From: the human T2T-CHM13v2.0 reference genome, Homo sapiens
Assembly: GCF_009914755.1 (NCBI RefSeq)
Contig: NC_060925.1
Length of the DNA: 64,000 nt
Reading direction: 5' to 3' (one strand)
This document shows positions 32,585-51,957 of the stretch, in pieces. The translations under genes were made by a program, and so were the position numbers. Within the stretch, counting starts at the first letter, position 1. Every line of letters starts with the position of its first letter. The notes under the pieces are model-generated. The model ran no database searches. It saw only the letters and a program-made list of their open reading frames with translations, and was not told where the DNA came from.

Positions 32585-32853
32585 ACGGCATCCTCCCAGA
32601 TGATCGCACCCAGCCCCGCGCCGCCGCCGCCGCCGCCGTCTCCGCAACTGCACCGCCCGCAAACATGGCTCAGTGACTCGGAGAAAAGCTGCAGTCTCCC
32701 TCCCGGCGGGGCGGACGCCAGGCCTCCTTGGTCGGGCCGCACCTCCCCGCAGGCCCGCCAAAGAGCACCGCGCCCCGCAGGCACCCGAGACCCGCGCGGA
32801 AGATGCACCGGGCGTTCCACCCCAGCGAGCCCCGCACCCCAGCCCGCAGCTCG
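32585..32853 (+). other. PDIK1L: Candidate alternative non-coding first exon 1a (5' end approximate)
   Basis: Donor TCG|GTAGGT at 32853/32854 followed by G-runs (32865-32885); the TSS cannot be read from sequence. Confidence 0.55.
32621..32638 (+). repeat. (CCG)6 trinucleotide repeat
   Basis: Read directly from the sequence. Confidence 0.9.
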
Positions 32854-33249
32854 GTAGGTCGGAAGGGGGCGGGTAGAGGGAGGGGAGGCCGCGGCCGGGC
32901 GCGCGCAGCCCCAGGCCCGGACCTGCCGCTGCAGACGGTCCCCGGGGCCGCGGGCCCTGAGCGCCCGCTGCGGCTGGAGGGTGGCCGAGCCCCGGCGTGG
33001 CGTGGCCTCGCGGTTCCCGAGCCCGGCCACCCCTGCGGGGAGCAGCACCAGTGGTGCGCTCCGGAGCGCGCACACCTCCGACGACTCCCGGCTCTGCAAA
33101 TCCTCGAGAGAGGGAGGAGGCGAGCGGAGCGCCGGCCGCGCGCCTCGTCGGTGGCGCGGAACGTCCCGGCTCGCGCTACGGAAAGCCGGAGGGGGGCGGG
33201 GCCGTCGGCGTAAGGGGGTGTGTCCGCGCGCACCACGGGGGCGCGCGCC

Positions 33250-33348
33250 GGCTGCTGACTGGAGGCGGCGGCAGCGGAGGCGCGAGCTGCCCGATAATGG
33301 CGGCCTGCAGAGCCCATGAGAGGGAGAAGCGGCAGCGTCTACCCTGAG
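33250..33348 (+). other. PDIK1L: Non-coding first exon 1b (5' end approximate)
   Basis: Donor GAG|GTAAAT at 33348/33349, downstream of GC boxes in the island core. Confidence 0.7.
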
Positions 33349-34640
33349 GTAAATCTGGCCTTTCGGCGTGGCGGAGAGGTCTTGCTGCAGAGCCGATGGC
33401 CCTGCATGTGCCTCCCTCCCTGGGAGGCTTGTCACAGACGTGTCAGCGGAGTCATCCTGGGGAAGGCCCTGCGCTCCTCAGGCCACCGACCCCAGTCGCG
33501 GCCTCCTCTCATACCGGGGCCACCTCCCCCCGGCCCTCAGCCCCCAGCCCCGAGGAGTTGAGGCAACTGCAGGGCTGGCTCCTCAGAGCGAAGGGGCTCA
33601 GGAGGCTCCCCTCCGGGCTTCATCTGAGCACGGCCGAGGAGGGGGAGGGCCTGACACTTGGCCAATGAGCGCGGCCTGAGCCGCCGCGTCGGGCAACACC
33701 TCTGGCCGCGACTGGCCCTTCCCGGGCGCCGGCAGGTGTCTGGCCTGGCCGGCTCGCGTCCCAGCGCCTGGTTAGAGCAGCGGGAGCGAGGGCCCGCCAC
33801 TTTCGGTCGAAAGTCACTTAGGTTCGCATCGGATGCATCATTGGATCCGGGATCCCACGGGTTTCATAAACACCTCTCTCCTCCCTATTCAGGAAGGTGC
33901 TCTTCCCCATGGGGACTGTACCAGGCTGGAGAGGACATGGCACTGCTTCAGAGACACGAACCACCTTGAGTGGATGTGATTGGCGATCCCCGTAGAGCAG
34001 GAAAGCTCGTCTGCTGTGCAGCCGGCGCAGAGGATTCTGTGGCAGGAAATTAGACACTAGGAAATTCAGTAGCGATTTGAAGGGTGGGTGTCCAGTTAGA
34101 GGAAGTGGGACTGAACACAATCTCAGAAGTCATTTCTTTTTATTAAATCTATCCTGTAGACTTAAAGCAGTGGATCCCAACTTCTCAGGCTCTAGGGTCA
34201 GTAGCCTTTTGCTTCCCCAGCTGTACAGAATAAATATTGTACAATCTCAGGTTACTTTTCTAGCCCGTGGTCACAATCTACAAATGAGAATTCGTTCATG
34301 AAGTTGGTTATAATCTAGAAATTCTTTGGGCGCTGAGGAAGCCCACTTTAGACTTTCTCCATTCAACACATGAGCATTTCTGTGCAGGGCCTTTGCCCTC
34401 GCCTTTAAACCGTTCAGTAAGTTGAATTCCCAAGAACTCTGTCAGAGAGCCCCTTGATATGCAGGATCTTTGTTGGCAAAAATGACCTAGAACTAAATAG
34501 ATATTGTTTACTCCAGCTGTCTTATGACTAGGAAAAAGGAAACATAAAAATTTTAAAATAGCTATTGTTAAATGACTACAAAAAGGTAACTGTATTCTAA
34601 GTATCCAAGTAGCTTACTTTATTTTTAAGTAAATGTTTCT

Positions 34641-34952
<312 letters not shown>

Positions 34953-35693
34953 GAAACGTTTCTTTTCCACAAACTTTATTTTCATTATTGTGTAAGAAAT
35001 AAGGAGATGACATAAGAGACAAAATTAAAATATGAATAGATAGAGTTTGGCCACTTACTTTTACATAATGAAAACAAACATTTTCAGTTCTATAAATGAT
35101 TTGGTTCACTTTCAGGCCTTAAGCATAAGCCAGGTGTTTGTATTTCTAACTGTGAGGGGGTTTTGTTTTTGCTGTTTTATGACCATTATGTGTGTGTCAG
35201 CCTGAAGGAGAAGCTGGGATTTTGCTTGCTTGCTTGTTTTTTCCTGATCAGTAAATAAGAATGCTGAATTTTGGGGGTGTATTTTTAACAGTGACATTTT
35301 CAAGCAGTTCATATAAGAGACAGCATACTGTAGTGCTTCAGATCGTGGTCGTCTGAGGCAGATGGCCGGGTTTCAAATCCCAGGTCCACCAGTTACTAGC
35401 TGTTGACCTTAGGCGTTTCATTTAACCTCTCCATTATATAGTTTCATCTATAAAAAGACCATAATAGTATCTATCTCATCAGATTATTATGAGGATTAAC
35501 TGAATTTAATATTCTAAAGAGCTTAAAACAGTTCCTGATACATGGTAAATACTACCTGTTAGCTTTATTGTTACTATTCTTAAAATTAGATTTCCCCTAG
35601 GTATAGCAAATATCCTTCAAGCACTGCAGACAGTCAGACAGATGACAAGTAAATCATACATAAGAAGAAATACAAGCCAGTAGGTATACATAA

Positions 35694-36059
<366 letters not shown>

Positions 36060-36952
36060 TGAACATGGCATTGGCCAGCAAGAAGAGGAATGAAAGGGTC
36101 AGACGAACGTTTCCCTTTAAATGCAGGTGTTTGTAGTTAGAAGTAGATAAGTGTCTGCCAAGAATTGAGTAGATGTTTGCTTTAAAACAAGGTTTTATTT
36201 AAACCTGTGAGGCACATACCTAAAAATAACATAAGCCACCTGTTATGCAATGGTACTTGCCAGTCTGCATAGGAATGGGGCAAGATAGGAACTAGAGAGG
36301 TGCTTGAGACTACAGTCTAATAACTTCATTTCTTTGAAATCAATAATTTTGGACTTGAGGACAGAAGAAAAGGAAAAATTCCACAACCAGTAGCAACACC
36401 CCTAGGTAATTGGGCATCTCTTTTATAAATCACTGGTTTGAATGTAAGCCTCTGCTGTTTTAGAGGGATATCTGGTTTCTTCACCACGCAGTTCCAGTTA
36501 ATTTTCATGAAGTACATGATTTAACACCTGAATGTTATTAACAGTGCTAACAGCTAACATTTGAATTTGCATGCAGTTCGATGCTCTGTGCTGAGTGCTT
36601 TAAAAGCAGTTGCTCAAAACAATCCTGTGAGGAAAGGACTATTATTATCTTCATTACAAATGAAGAAACTGAGGCTTATAGTATAGATAATGAATTCATC
36701 CAAAATCACATACATAGTAAGTGGTACAATTGGGAGCTGGAGCTGAGAATGACAGCTGAAGCTTATGCTTTCTTAACTCCCAGATTACTCTTCTGTAAAC
36801 CTGGGAAAATGGAAAAGCTTTTCTGTTTTTCTTTTGTTGGCTTCTGCCAGAAATTAAAATCTCTAGTAGCTCTATACTCAAAGAATAGAAAATATATTAA
36901 GACATAGCTTGTTAAAGGCTAGGGCAGAATTTCTTAAAGCTAGTCATTCTTG

Positions 36953-42524
<5,572 letters not shown>

Positions 42525-43268
42525 TCAGCTTGTATGAAAGAAGAAATATACAAATTCAGAGTTGATTTTTTAATATCAAAATGCATATTTGAAAACAAAA
42601 TAAATATTTAAAAATTTAAAAAATGCCTATTTGATTTTTATAAATTGGTTTTTAAAAGTCATCCAGTGAAAGAGCCAACATATTTGCATTCTGCCTATAG
42701 AAGTTTATGAAGTAACGACGTCAGTCTTTATTTTATTAGTGACTACAGGAACAGCTATTTCTGCAACAGCTGGTTGTTCCTTGATCATTTTTCTCTCGAT
42801 TTCACAGGTTATGTTGATAGTGTCTGTGCAATCAGTAAGAAGTATATTTCAGGCGATTTCATTGAATAGCGTTTCCTAATTGAGGTTTATACCCCAGCTG
42901 GCAATTTCCTAGGTCTATCTGCTGAAACTTTGGTCTTTTCATGAAGCTATGAGCTAGCTGGGTAGAGTTCAGCTCCACTGACACATGGAGAAAATGTGTG
43001 GCCACTTGGACGCTTTTCAAAATAAAGCTATTTTAAAATTTTTACCCCTTGGTTTAGAGCTTTGGTGTATATTTATCAGGGACAAAATGACAAGTTGAAG
43101 CATTTTTTAAAGTTTAAAATGCATATTTGAAAGCACTGATTAAATAAAATATTTATAGAGTTTCCACTTAAAGGTGGAGACTGACTTAACCTTTCAATTA
43201 TTATTTTCCTATAACTGAATTGTATAACCTATGCAAATGATTGTAATCTTTTTTCTTCCTTCTTGTAG

Positions 43269-44009
<741 letters not shown>

Positions 44010-46965
44010 CACATATTATTTGCAAATACCATGGATGATATGCTGCTTCTGTTTAACAGTGATGCAACATTATGTGGCTGAAAAAGAATATAAAAAGCTA
44101 GACTCTACCCTCTAAGGGTTTAGATTTTTTGTGGGATTTTTTTTTTCCTCATTTTTCTTAAATCCAAGTTGGCCGTTTTATTAGTATGTTTCAAATGTGT
44201 ATTACCAATGTGGGTGTAAATTTTTAAAAAATGATTATTGATAGAAGTTTGGCAGGAAAATTCTTTAAGAGCTAACAAGAGAAGAGAGTCCAGTTTTCTG
44301 GAAATATGTCTTTAAGTATTTTAGACATTCCTCGTCAGTATTAGGAATTTCCATGGGAAAAGAGGTTTGCATGCTGGTAATGCAACCTTTGAAACTTTGT
44401 AAAGGAAACATATATGTATATATTTATGTATATGTAAGTATGTGAATGTGCGCATTTTGCATTCCATATGAAAAAAATGCCACGTCTGTTTAAATTATTT
44501 GATGTAGGTTTGGGTTTTTGAGATTTGCTGGTGAAGTCAGTGACGAAAAATAAACCTTCCCTTATCTTCCTACTCTGCCCCTCCCCCTAATGAAATCATA
44601 TTAAGTTGTTTTTTTTTTTTTTTGTAATATACAGCTTTTTTTTTAAGGCATCATTTTCGAGGGTCTAAAATTATCTGGTAAAACAAATGAAATTAAGTGA
44701 TCCAAAGCTGCTGAAGTATGTTTGAACTCTCCAGTGCCCTATAGCTGCAAGAGTTGAATTAGTCATGCAGTCATATGGCAGCAGGTTGGTGATTCAGTCC
44801 GACCTTCTTTAGGTAACCGAGCATTTATTTAACCAACTATACCACTGCATTGGGACGTCTGCACTTGAGCTTCTACAATCTGATATAAATCTGAATACAG
44901 GATTATTCTGTTTGAAAACTTTGCTATGTGTGAACTGTAATACTTGATACATTTTTGGTTTGAAGACTTTGTCTAAGCCTCATTATACTGAAGTTGAAGA
45001 AACCAAATGAGCTCCACCCTCACTTTGCCTGCCCTGATATGATCACTTGTTGAGTCACTGGAGTTCCTTTCATTTTGGCACTGATGCTGTTTTCTCTTGT
45101 CTGATTTGAAACAGTACTGGTAATAATATGGTTGTTGAAAATGTGATCACCTTTATCTAAAGTGGGAGAAGATACATACACAGTATGGCAAATGGATAAA
45201 ATATTGTGGCATCAACTACTTTTAAAGTAGAAAAGCTATCCATTTTATACAATCACTGATACAGTCTATGTCAAAAAACCAACAGACCATTATTCCTCTT
45301 GAAGTTAGTTTGATTTTATCTTTGTATGGTTGTCTACAATTTGTTTTCCTGTAAATGCAGATAGTTAAAATCTAAAGGATAGAATGCTTTCCTAAAACAG
45401 AACATTAGCCTTTAAGGTTAAATAGACTTTACATTGTATCTAAGTTAATCTTTATAAAGCACTAGAATTTTTGGTCAAAAGTCAAAATAGTATTAGAATA
45501 TTGAAATTATTGATAGCTTTCATAATCTCAGCTTTTTTGAACTTCCACAATTTTTGGAATATGTCATAATTTTTTTCCCTGTTTCAAATGTGTTCAGAGG
45601 AAATAGAATGTAAAACATCACAAAAAAAATTGCAGTACATAAAATTTCTGGACTATGTTAGTTACTTGATCTGGAAGTTTAAAATTTGGACTAAAAGGTT
45701 TTATTGAAATAAAGCCTCTTAAAATGAAAAATCATATACTTTTAACATCACTTTTAAGCTAATAAATATAAGAATTCTTTTGGAAATTAGAGGTGGAAAC
45801 ACACTGGAACCTCATGATAATTGACCCTCTGGATCACCAGATTAGTTTAATTTAACAGATATGTCCAAGGAAGTTGAGCTATAGGGAGTAAGAAAAAGCA
45901 TCATGATAACGTCTAGTCAATAACATGGCACTTCAGCAGAGATTCATAGATGATGGTATGCCCATGCATCATTTGCTCTTCAAATATCTATGTGCTTGGA
46001 GCCACAGTTTCCTAAGCGCATAGTTTTTGGTCCTGCCTCATGTAAAATAGTTAATGATTATCATTTACTTGGAAAGATTTTACCTGTGAAGTGAAATTCT
46101 TTCATTGGGGGTAAGGGTATGAGGTGATCAGGAAGTTTCTTCTGGAATTTTATCAAGTCCTTGTATTCTAAAATAGCCAAGCAAAATGATAGTAAATTCT
46201 TTGTCTTTGTTCTTTCAGTCAGAGGTATTTATTAAGTACCTACTGTGTGCTCAGCACTAAAGGTTTGTTGATAAAATGACAATTAAAAAATGGCATTTAG
46301 CCAAAGGCCTTTTCAGCCAGGAGTAAGAAAAGATGGTTAGTGATATTTGGAAATACCTGGATATTTGCTAGAGGAAAAATGAAAGCAAAACTTCGTACAC
46401 AGTGCCTTGCCCATAATAGGTACTCAATAAGCAATTGTTCCTCATAGAGTCTTTTGCCATGATTTATGGTGTTTTTTGAAATTTGTCTTAATTGAAAAAA
46501 GACCAAATATTTCAAATGAGCTTATAGGCAGCTGTGGCCAGTGAAAATATGGGGTTGTACAGTTAGTTCCTAGAATGTTATTTTGCACTAGTTGTCACTT
46601 AGAAAGATGGGGTTCCTGTAGATTTTTTGGTGCTAAGGGATACTTTGTCATTATGATGAAGTAAGTGTTAAGTGTCAGATAAATAGCACACAGAATAGTT
46701 CTTTCTGCTGGTCTGTTTTTTCTCTTCGTTGTTGTTGTTTTTAATTGTAAATTGTTATCAATCAAACTATTGTAGCAGCTACAAAGTAATTCACCAGCAT
46801 GACAAAATGGTCAAAAAATAAGTCATCAGCACTTAAGAAATGAAAGCAACTTTTGAAATTTTCTGTTAAAATTGTCAAATATATTTTATGAAGAATTTAT
46901 AAAAGGGGAAAATGATTGTAATTTATTGTTCATGACTTTTTTTTTTAAATAAAGTGAGTTTCAAC
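44010..46965 (+). other. PDIK1L: PDIK1L 3'UTR
   Basis: About 3 kb of AT-rich, Alu-free sequence from the stop codon to the distal AATAAA. Confidence 0.8.
46948..46953 (+). terminator. PDIK1L: Distal polyadenylation signal AATAAA
   Basis: AATAAA preceded by a U-run; proximal candidates at 44549, 45708 and 45761. Confidence 0.7.
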
Positions 46966-48183
46966 AAAAAAAAAACTGAAAATTCTACATTGCTGCTTTA
47001 GTGGCTCTGTGAGTAGTTCTGTAGTACTTTACTTCATGAGCATAAAATAGAAGGTATAAAATCTGAAACAATGTATTTTTCAGACTTACCTTTTAAATGA
47101 TTCTGAAATAGAAGTGATTGCCAAGGAAAAGATGATTGAATTATAGGAGTTTCAGCATTTCAAGTTCTCTGAAATTTTAGTGCTGTCTTGCTGTATTTGC
47201 TTTGCACACAAGAAGAACTCGTATTGCCAGAGATGAAATTTTTTATTCATTTATCCTTCTGTTTCATTAAGCTGAGGATGCAGCTCAGACTCAGCATAAT
47301 ATATATTAAATAAATGAGAGGATGCAGTTTTTCAATCTATAACTTGAGACGATGGTTTAATTTTCTATTAAAAATTTGGGCCCACTTTTTTATGTTTATC
47401 ATTTCTGCCTGAAGATACAGTCTATTTAGTGGTCCAATGGAACAGCAGAGGAGAATATGGAAGACAGAAAACAACTCTACATGTGACCTAGTGAAAGTAG
47501 GCATCAAGAATTGTGGCTTCAAAAATCAAACCAAAAAAATAGGGGAAAAAAAAAGAATTGTAGCTTCCTACTCTTCTGCTTTCCCTTGGTATAACCTTTA
47601 TAGACAGGCAAATTTTGCTTTCTAGAGATTGTTTTTAATTGAAGCTTTAAATATTTGTATTTACTAGCATTTTGTAATCCTTTGCAGTTTACAAAGCACC
47701 TTCACATGGTTTTTACGTATCTTTTTCACTGAGTTTTACTTAAAATAGGGGCTGATTTCCTGATGAAATTAACAGTAATTACACCAGTTACTGAGATGAT
47801 GACAAAAGGTTTTACCTTAAGACAGGGTTTTGGTGCCTAATCTCTGACTCCAGTTGGAGTTTTCTCTGACAACGAAGCTTTATCTTTCTCACTGATGTAA
47901 TGACACTTGGTTGTTTTGGTCTTTTCTTTAAATTCAAATGTTGCTCTCTTTGCCAACCAATCATAGACATCCTGTAAAGTGCAGTGTAATGACAGACGGT
48001 TGGTTTGTGGTTAGATAATAACTCCCACTTGAGAAAACCTACAAGGCTGCCACACCTCTTGAAGGCCAAGTGCGTCTTTTAAAGGCAGTACTTTCACCTT
48101 TGCAATCATTTTTCATTGCACAGAAGGAAATTGAGAAAAAAAAAAAGCTTGGGCTTTGACTTTACTCTTTTATTTCCTGTTCA

Positions 48184-48584
<401 letters not shown>

Positions 48585-50198
48585 TTCATCAAGCTGCACT
48601 TAAAATGTTTACATTTTTCTCTAGGTATGTTATACTTCAAGAAAAATTTTATTTTTAAAAAATGTGCATTGGGGCTACTGGTGACAGCTATTATCAGGCA
48701 GAAGGAAAGGACACAGACTTTGAAAATAGACTCTTTACCTTTCTGTTACTAGCTGTGTGACTTTCATGAGTTCCCTAGCCCCTCAAATTCAGTTTCCCAC
48801 ATGTTTAAGCAGAGACAGTACCTGACTCAGAGCGCTGTGAAGATAAAAGGAGCCAATGCATGTAGAAATGCGTGGCATGCTCAGGAAATGTCAGTGCTTC
48901 CCGTTCACCCGGGAGGACTCCTAGGAAATGACTCTGAGCTGCCTTTACTGCTAATTTGTACTGCTGATAGGGAGCACGTTGATTGGTTTGTTTAATTTAG
49001 CTTACATTTTTACCACAATTATTAGAGAAATACATTCGGTTATGGTGATGTCCTGCGTGTCTCTTTGCCCTGCAGCCCTATTTAAGAACAAGGATAGTTC
49101 AATAAAAATCCCCTCAGCCCAGTTTTCTTTCCTCCTTCTACTTGCTGATCACATGATTGATAGTAATTCAGGATGTTTACTGTCTCTTTCACATAGACTA
49201 CCATGCGTGGAAATTAGGAAAGTAGTAATAAGTACCAAATACTAGAATGACATGCCATTTCTCCTGGCTTTAGGTAGAAGGCAGGGAGCGTTTACTGACG
49301 TGATTTGAGAAGCAACAGTAGAAGCACAGCTGTGAGGGCGGCGTGGAGCAGGGCAGCAATGGCTAGAACTTGGAAGTTGGAATTACAGTAGACTCAGTGT
49401 TTCTCAACTCTGGCTACTTGTTACAATTTTAACCTGAGGAGGGCAAAAGCAAGCAAAAATCCTGATGACTTCTGCTTCTGGCCATTATGGAGTAACAGGG
49501 TTCTATTCCTGCCATAAACAACTCAAATGTCAGACACTGGGAAACTAGCAGTGCACGACAGCAATCCCTGGGAGAAAAGGATCAAATGGGGTGAGCCCTG
49601 TGGTTGCCCCAACTTGGAGGGAATCTTTAGGCTGCTGTACAGGGAATAAGTACCTAAACAAGGTTCAACAGTCTCCCTGAGTTGAGGAGACAGAATTTAG
49701 GGTTCAGGGAGCACAAGCCAGCTAGGATTCATGGGGCAGAGTATCAGAGAGAGAGAGAGAGACAGATGGTAACAAAGAATTCCAGACCTTGTTGTTTATT
49801 TTTTTTCTTTTCTTTTTTGTCCTGTTTTTTATTTGTCGGTGAGAGTTCCAGACCTTTGCAGAAAGTTTTTTTCAAGACATCAGCTGAGGCAGGGCCAGGT
49901 AACTCACATCTGTAATCCCAGTACTTTAAGAGGCCAAGCCAGAATGATCACTTGAGCCCAAGAGTTGGAGACCAGCCTAGGCAACATGGTGAAACCCTGT
50001 CTCTACAAAAAATAAAATAAAATTATCCAGGTGTGATGGTGTTTGCCTATAGTCCCAGCTACTTGGAGGCTGAGTTGGGAGAATCACCTGAACCCAGGAA
50101 AGTCAAGGCTGCAGTGAGCTGGAATCACCACGCTGCACTCCACCCTGGGCGGCAGAGCAAGACCTGCCTTAAAGAAAACATACACACTCACACACACA

Positions 50199-50237
<39 letters not shown>

Positions 50238-50521
50238 TCACACACTCACATTCACACACACAGTATCAGCTAAGTACTAATCAGTCATGCTTATGAAGAA
50301 ACTATCAGACCTGAATGCAGGAAAGATCCCCTGAAAGGATTAGGCAGAACAATCCTGGAGCTCACACAGGACCAAGAATAATTGATATTTCCACCAGCCA
50401 GAACAGAAAGACCTTCTTCCAATATACAGAGCATCACAGAAGAGTATTGTCTCAGTAGTGAGGCCAAGGCTAACAGCTATTCTGGACCTGTCTATCCAAG
50501 CTTAAAAGTAAGTCTTGAAAG

Positions 50522-51515
50522 GTACACAGACAAAATTATAGCAAATTTGATTTAAAGATCTATATTGGCTTTTCTTTGTGATTCTAGAAAAAGGCAACAC
50601 CTTATTCTATAAAATACAGTGAGTATTCCGATAAGCCAAGCAGAAAAGTATGGTTTTATAGACAGAAAAGGCCTGAGAAAAGCAGAAACAGAGAACAGAA
50701 AATTGTCTGGTTGTTTCAAAGTTACTTTCCTTATAGAGTTAAAACAGACACAGGCGTAGTGGGTTGCTGCGCCCTCCCAGGCGGTCCCAACAACTAGTGG
50801 ACCAGAGCCCCCAGGGGACACAGCCTAAGTCCCTGCCCATCAGATCATCTGGAACTTCTGCCCAGAGAGGATCTGGAACTTCTGCCCAGAGAGGAGAGAG
50901 CGACTGGAAATTCTCTCAGTCAAGGTCCAAACCTAAAAGAATCACTGGCACGCCCAGCAGGACTAAGACCAATTTTTAATGAAATGTTTTCTGTGTTTGG
51001 GGTGCATAACTATATTTCTTTATAACAAAATTACTTAAATGTTTTGATTTTTTATTCCTCATATGCATGGCCTGTGACAGACCAGGGGACTTGTAAGCTC
51101 ACAGTCCATGAGGTCAGAAGCTGACATCCTAAATGTCTATTTATAATGAATTTAAACAGACCAAAAACTCTGCTATGAAACTCGGAAAGACAAGCAATTT
51201 AGCAAAAATGAACCAGTCTCTAAATAAATAAAAAGATTAAAATTTAAAAATTAAAAACAACAACAACAACAAAAACAGAGGGAACTTCATTTTCATGCCA
51301 GCTCAGGTAAACTGGGCCCCTTTTGATTGGTTGCTGCGAATCTCCTGGGGGTATTTTTTTGGTAGCGGGGTGGGGGGTGGACTGGCCTGTTTCAGAGTTC
51401 AGTTTAATTATGTGGCACCCAGCATGAGTGACTCCATTCTGATTTGGCTCGGTCTGCTAGTGCTAGTGTACGAGGCTAGTCCAAAATAATGGTCTCCTAT
51501 ACATTTTATTTAACA
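50522..51515 (-). mobile_element. ERV1 (MER4-group) solo LTR split by a retroposed insert
   Basis: Reverse strand begins TGTTAAATAAAATGTATAGGAGACCATTATTTTGGACT...AATGGAGTCACTCATGCT; subfamily not assigned. Confidence 0.65.
50749..51271 (+). pseudogene. 5'-truncated retrocopy (processed pseudogene or transduced RNA) of an unidentified transcript
   Basis: TSD AAAACAGA at 50741-50748 and 51272-51279, at a TT|AAAA L1 endonuclease site; 76 open codons to TAA 50979; AT-rich UTR, AATAAA ~51223-51232, decayed A/(CAA)n tail. Confidence 0.7.
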
Positions 51516-51834
51516 AAATACATTTTTTTCTAAGTAACATAATGTGCTAGAACAAAGCTCAAAAATACTTGAGTCCAAAAATTCCACTTCTCAACAATAT
51601 AAAATTCAAAATGTCTGCCAGCCAATTAAAAATATTAGAAATGGGCCAGGTACAGTGGCTCATGCCTGTGATCCTAGCACTTCGGAAGGCCAAGGCAAGA
51701 GGATTGCTTAAGTCCAGAAGTTCAAGACCAGCCTGGGCAACATAATGAGACCTCATCTTTACCGGGAAAAAAAAAAAAAGGAATTAGCTGGGGGTTCTGG
51801 TGTGGTGGCACATGCCTGTAGTCCCAGCTATTCA

Positions 51835-51957
<123 letters not shown>

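Larger units (their letters stand above)
32230..33850. promoter_or_regulatory. PDIK1L: CpG island / PDIK1L promoter
   Basis: Very high GC and CpG density; GC box GGGGCGGGG ~33193; YY1/TISU-like ATGGCGGC at 33297; lies upstream of the kinase exons. Confidence 0.92.

Noticed and set aside
32190-34120. Many overlapping Arg/Pro/Gly-rich ORFs on both strands
   Set aside because: Expected from stop-codon scarcity in a CpG island; no domain signal. Only the splice-aware uORFs and the longest antisense frame were kept
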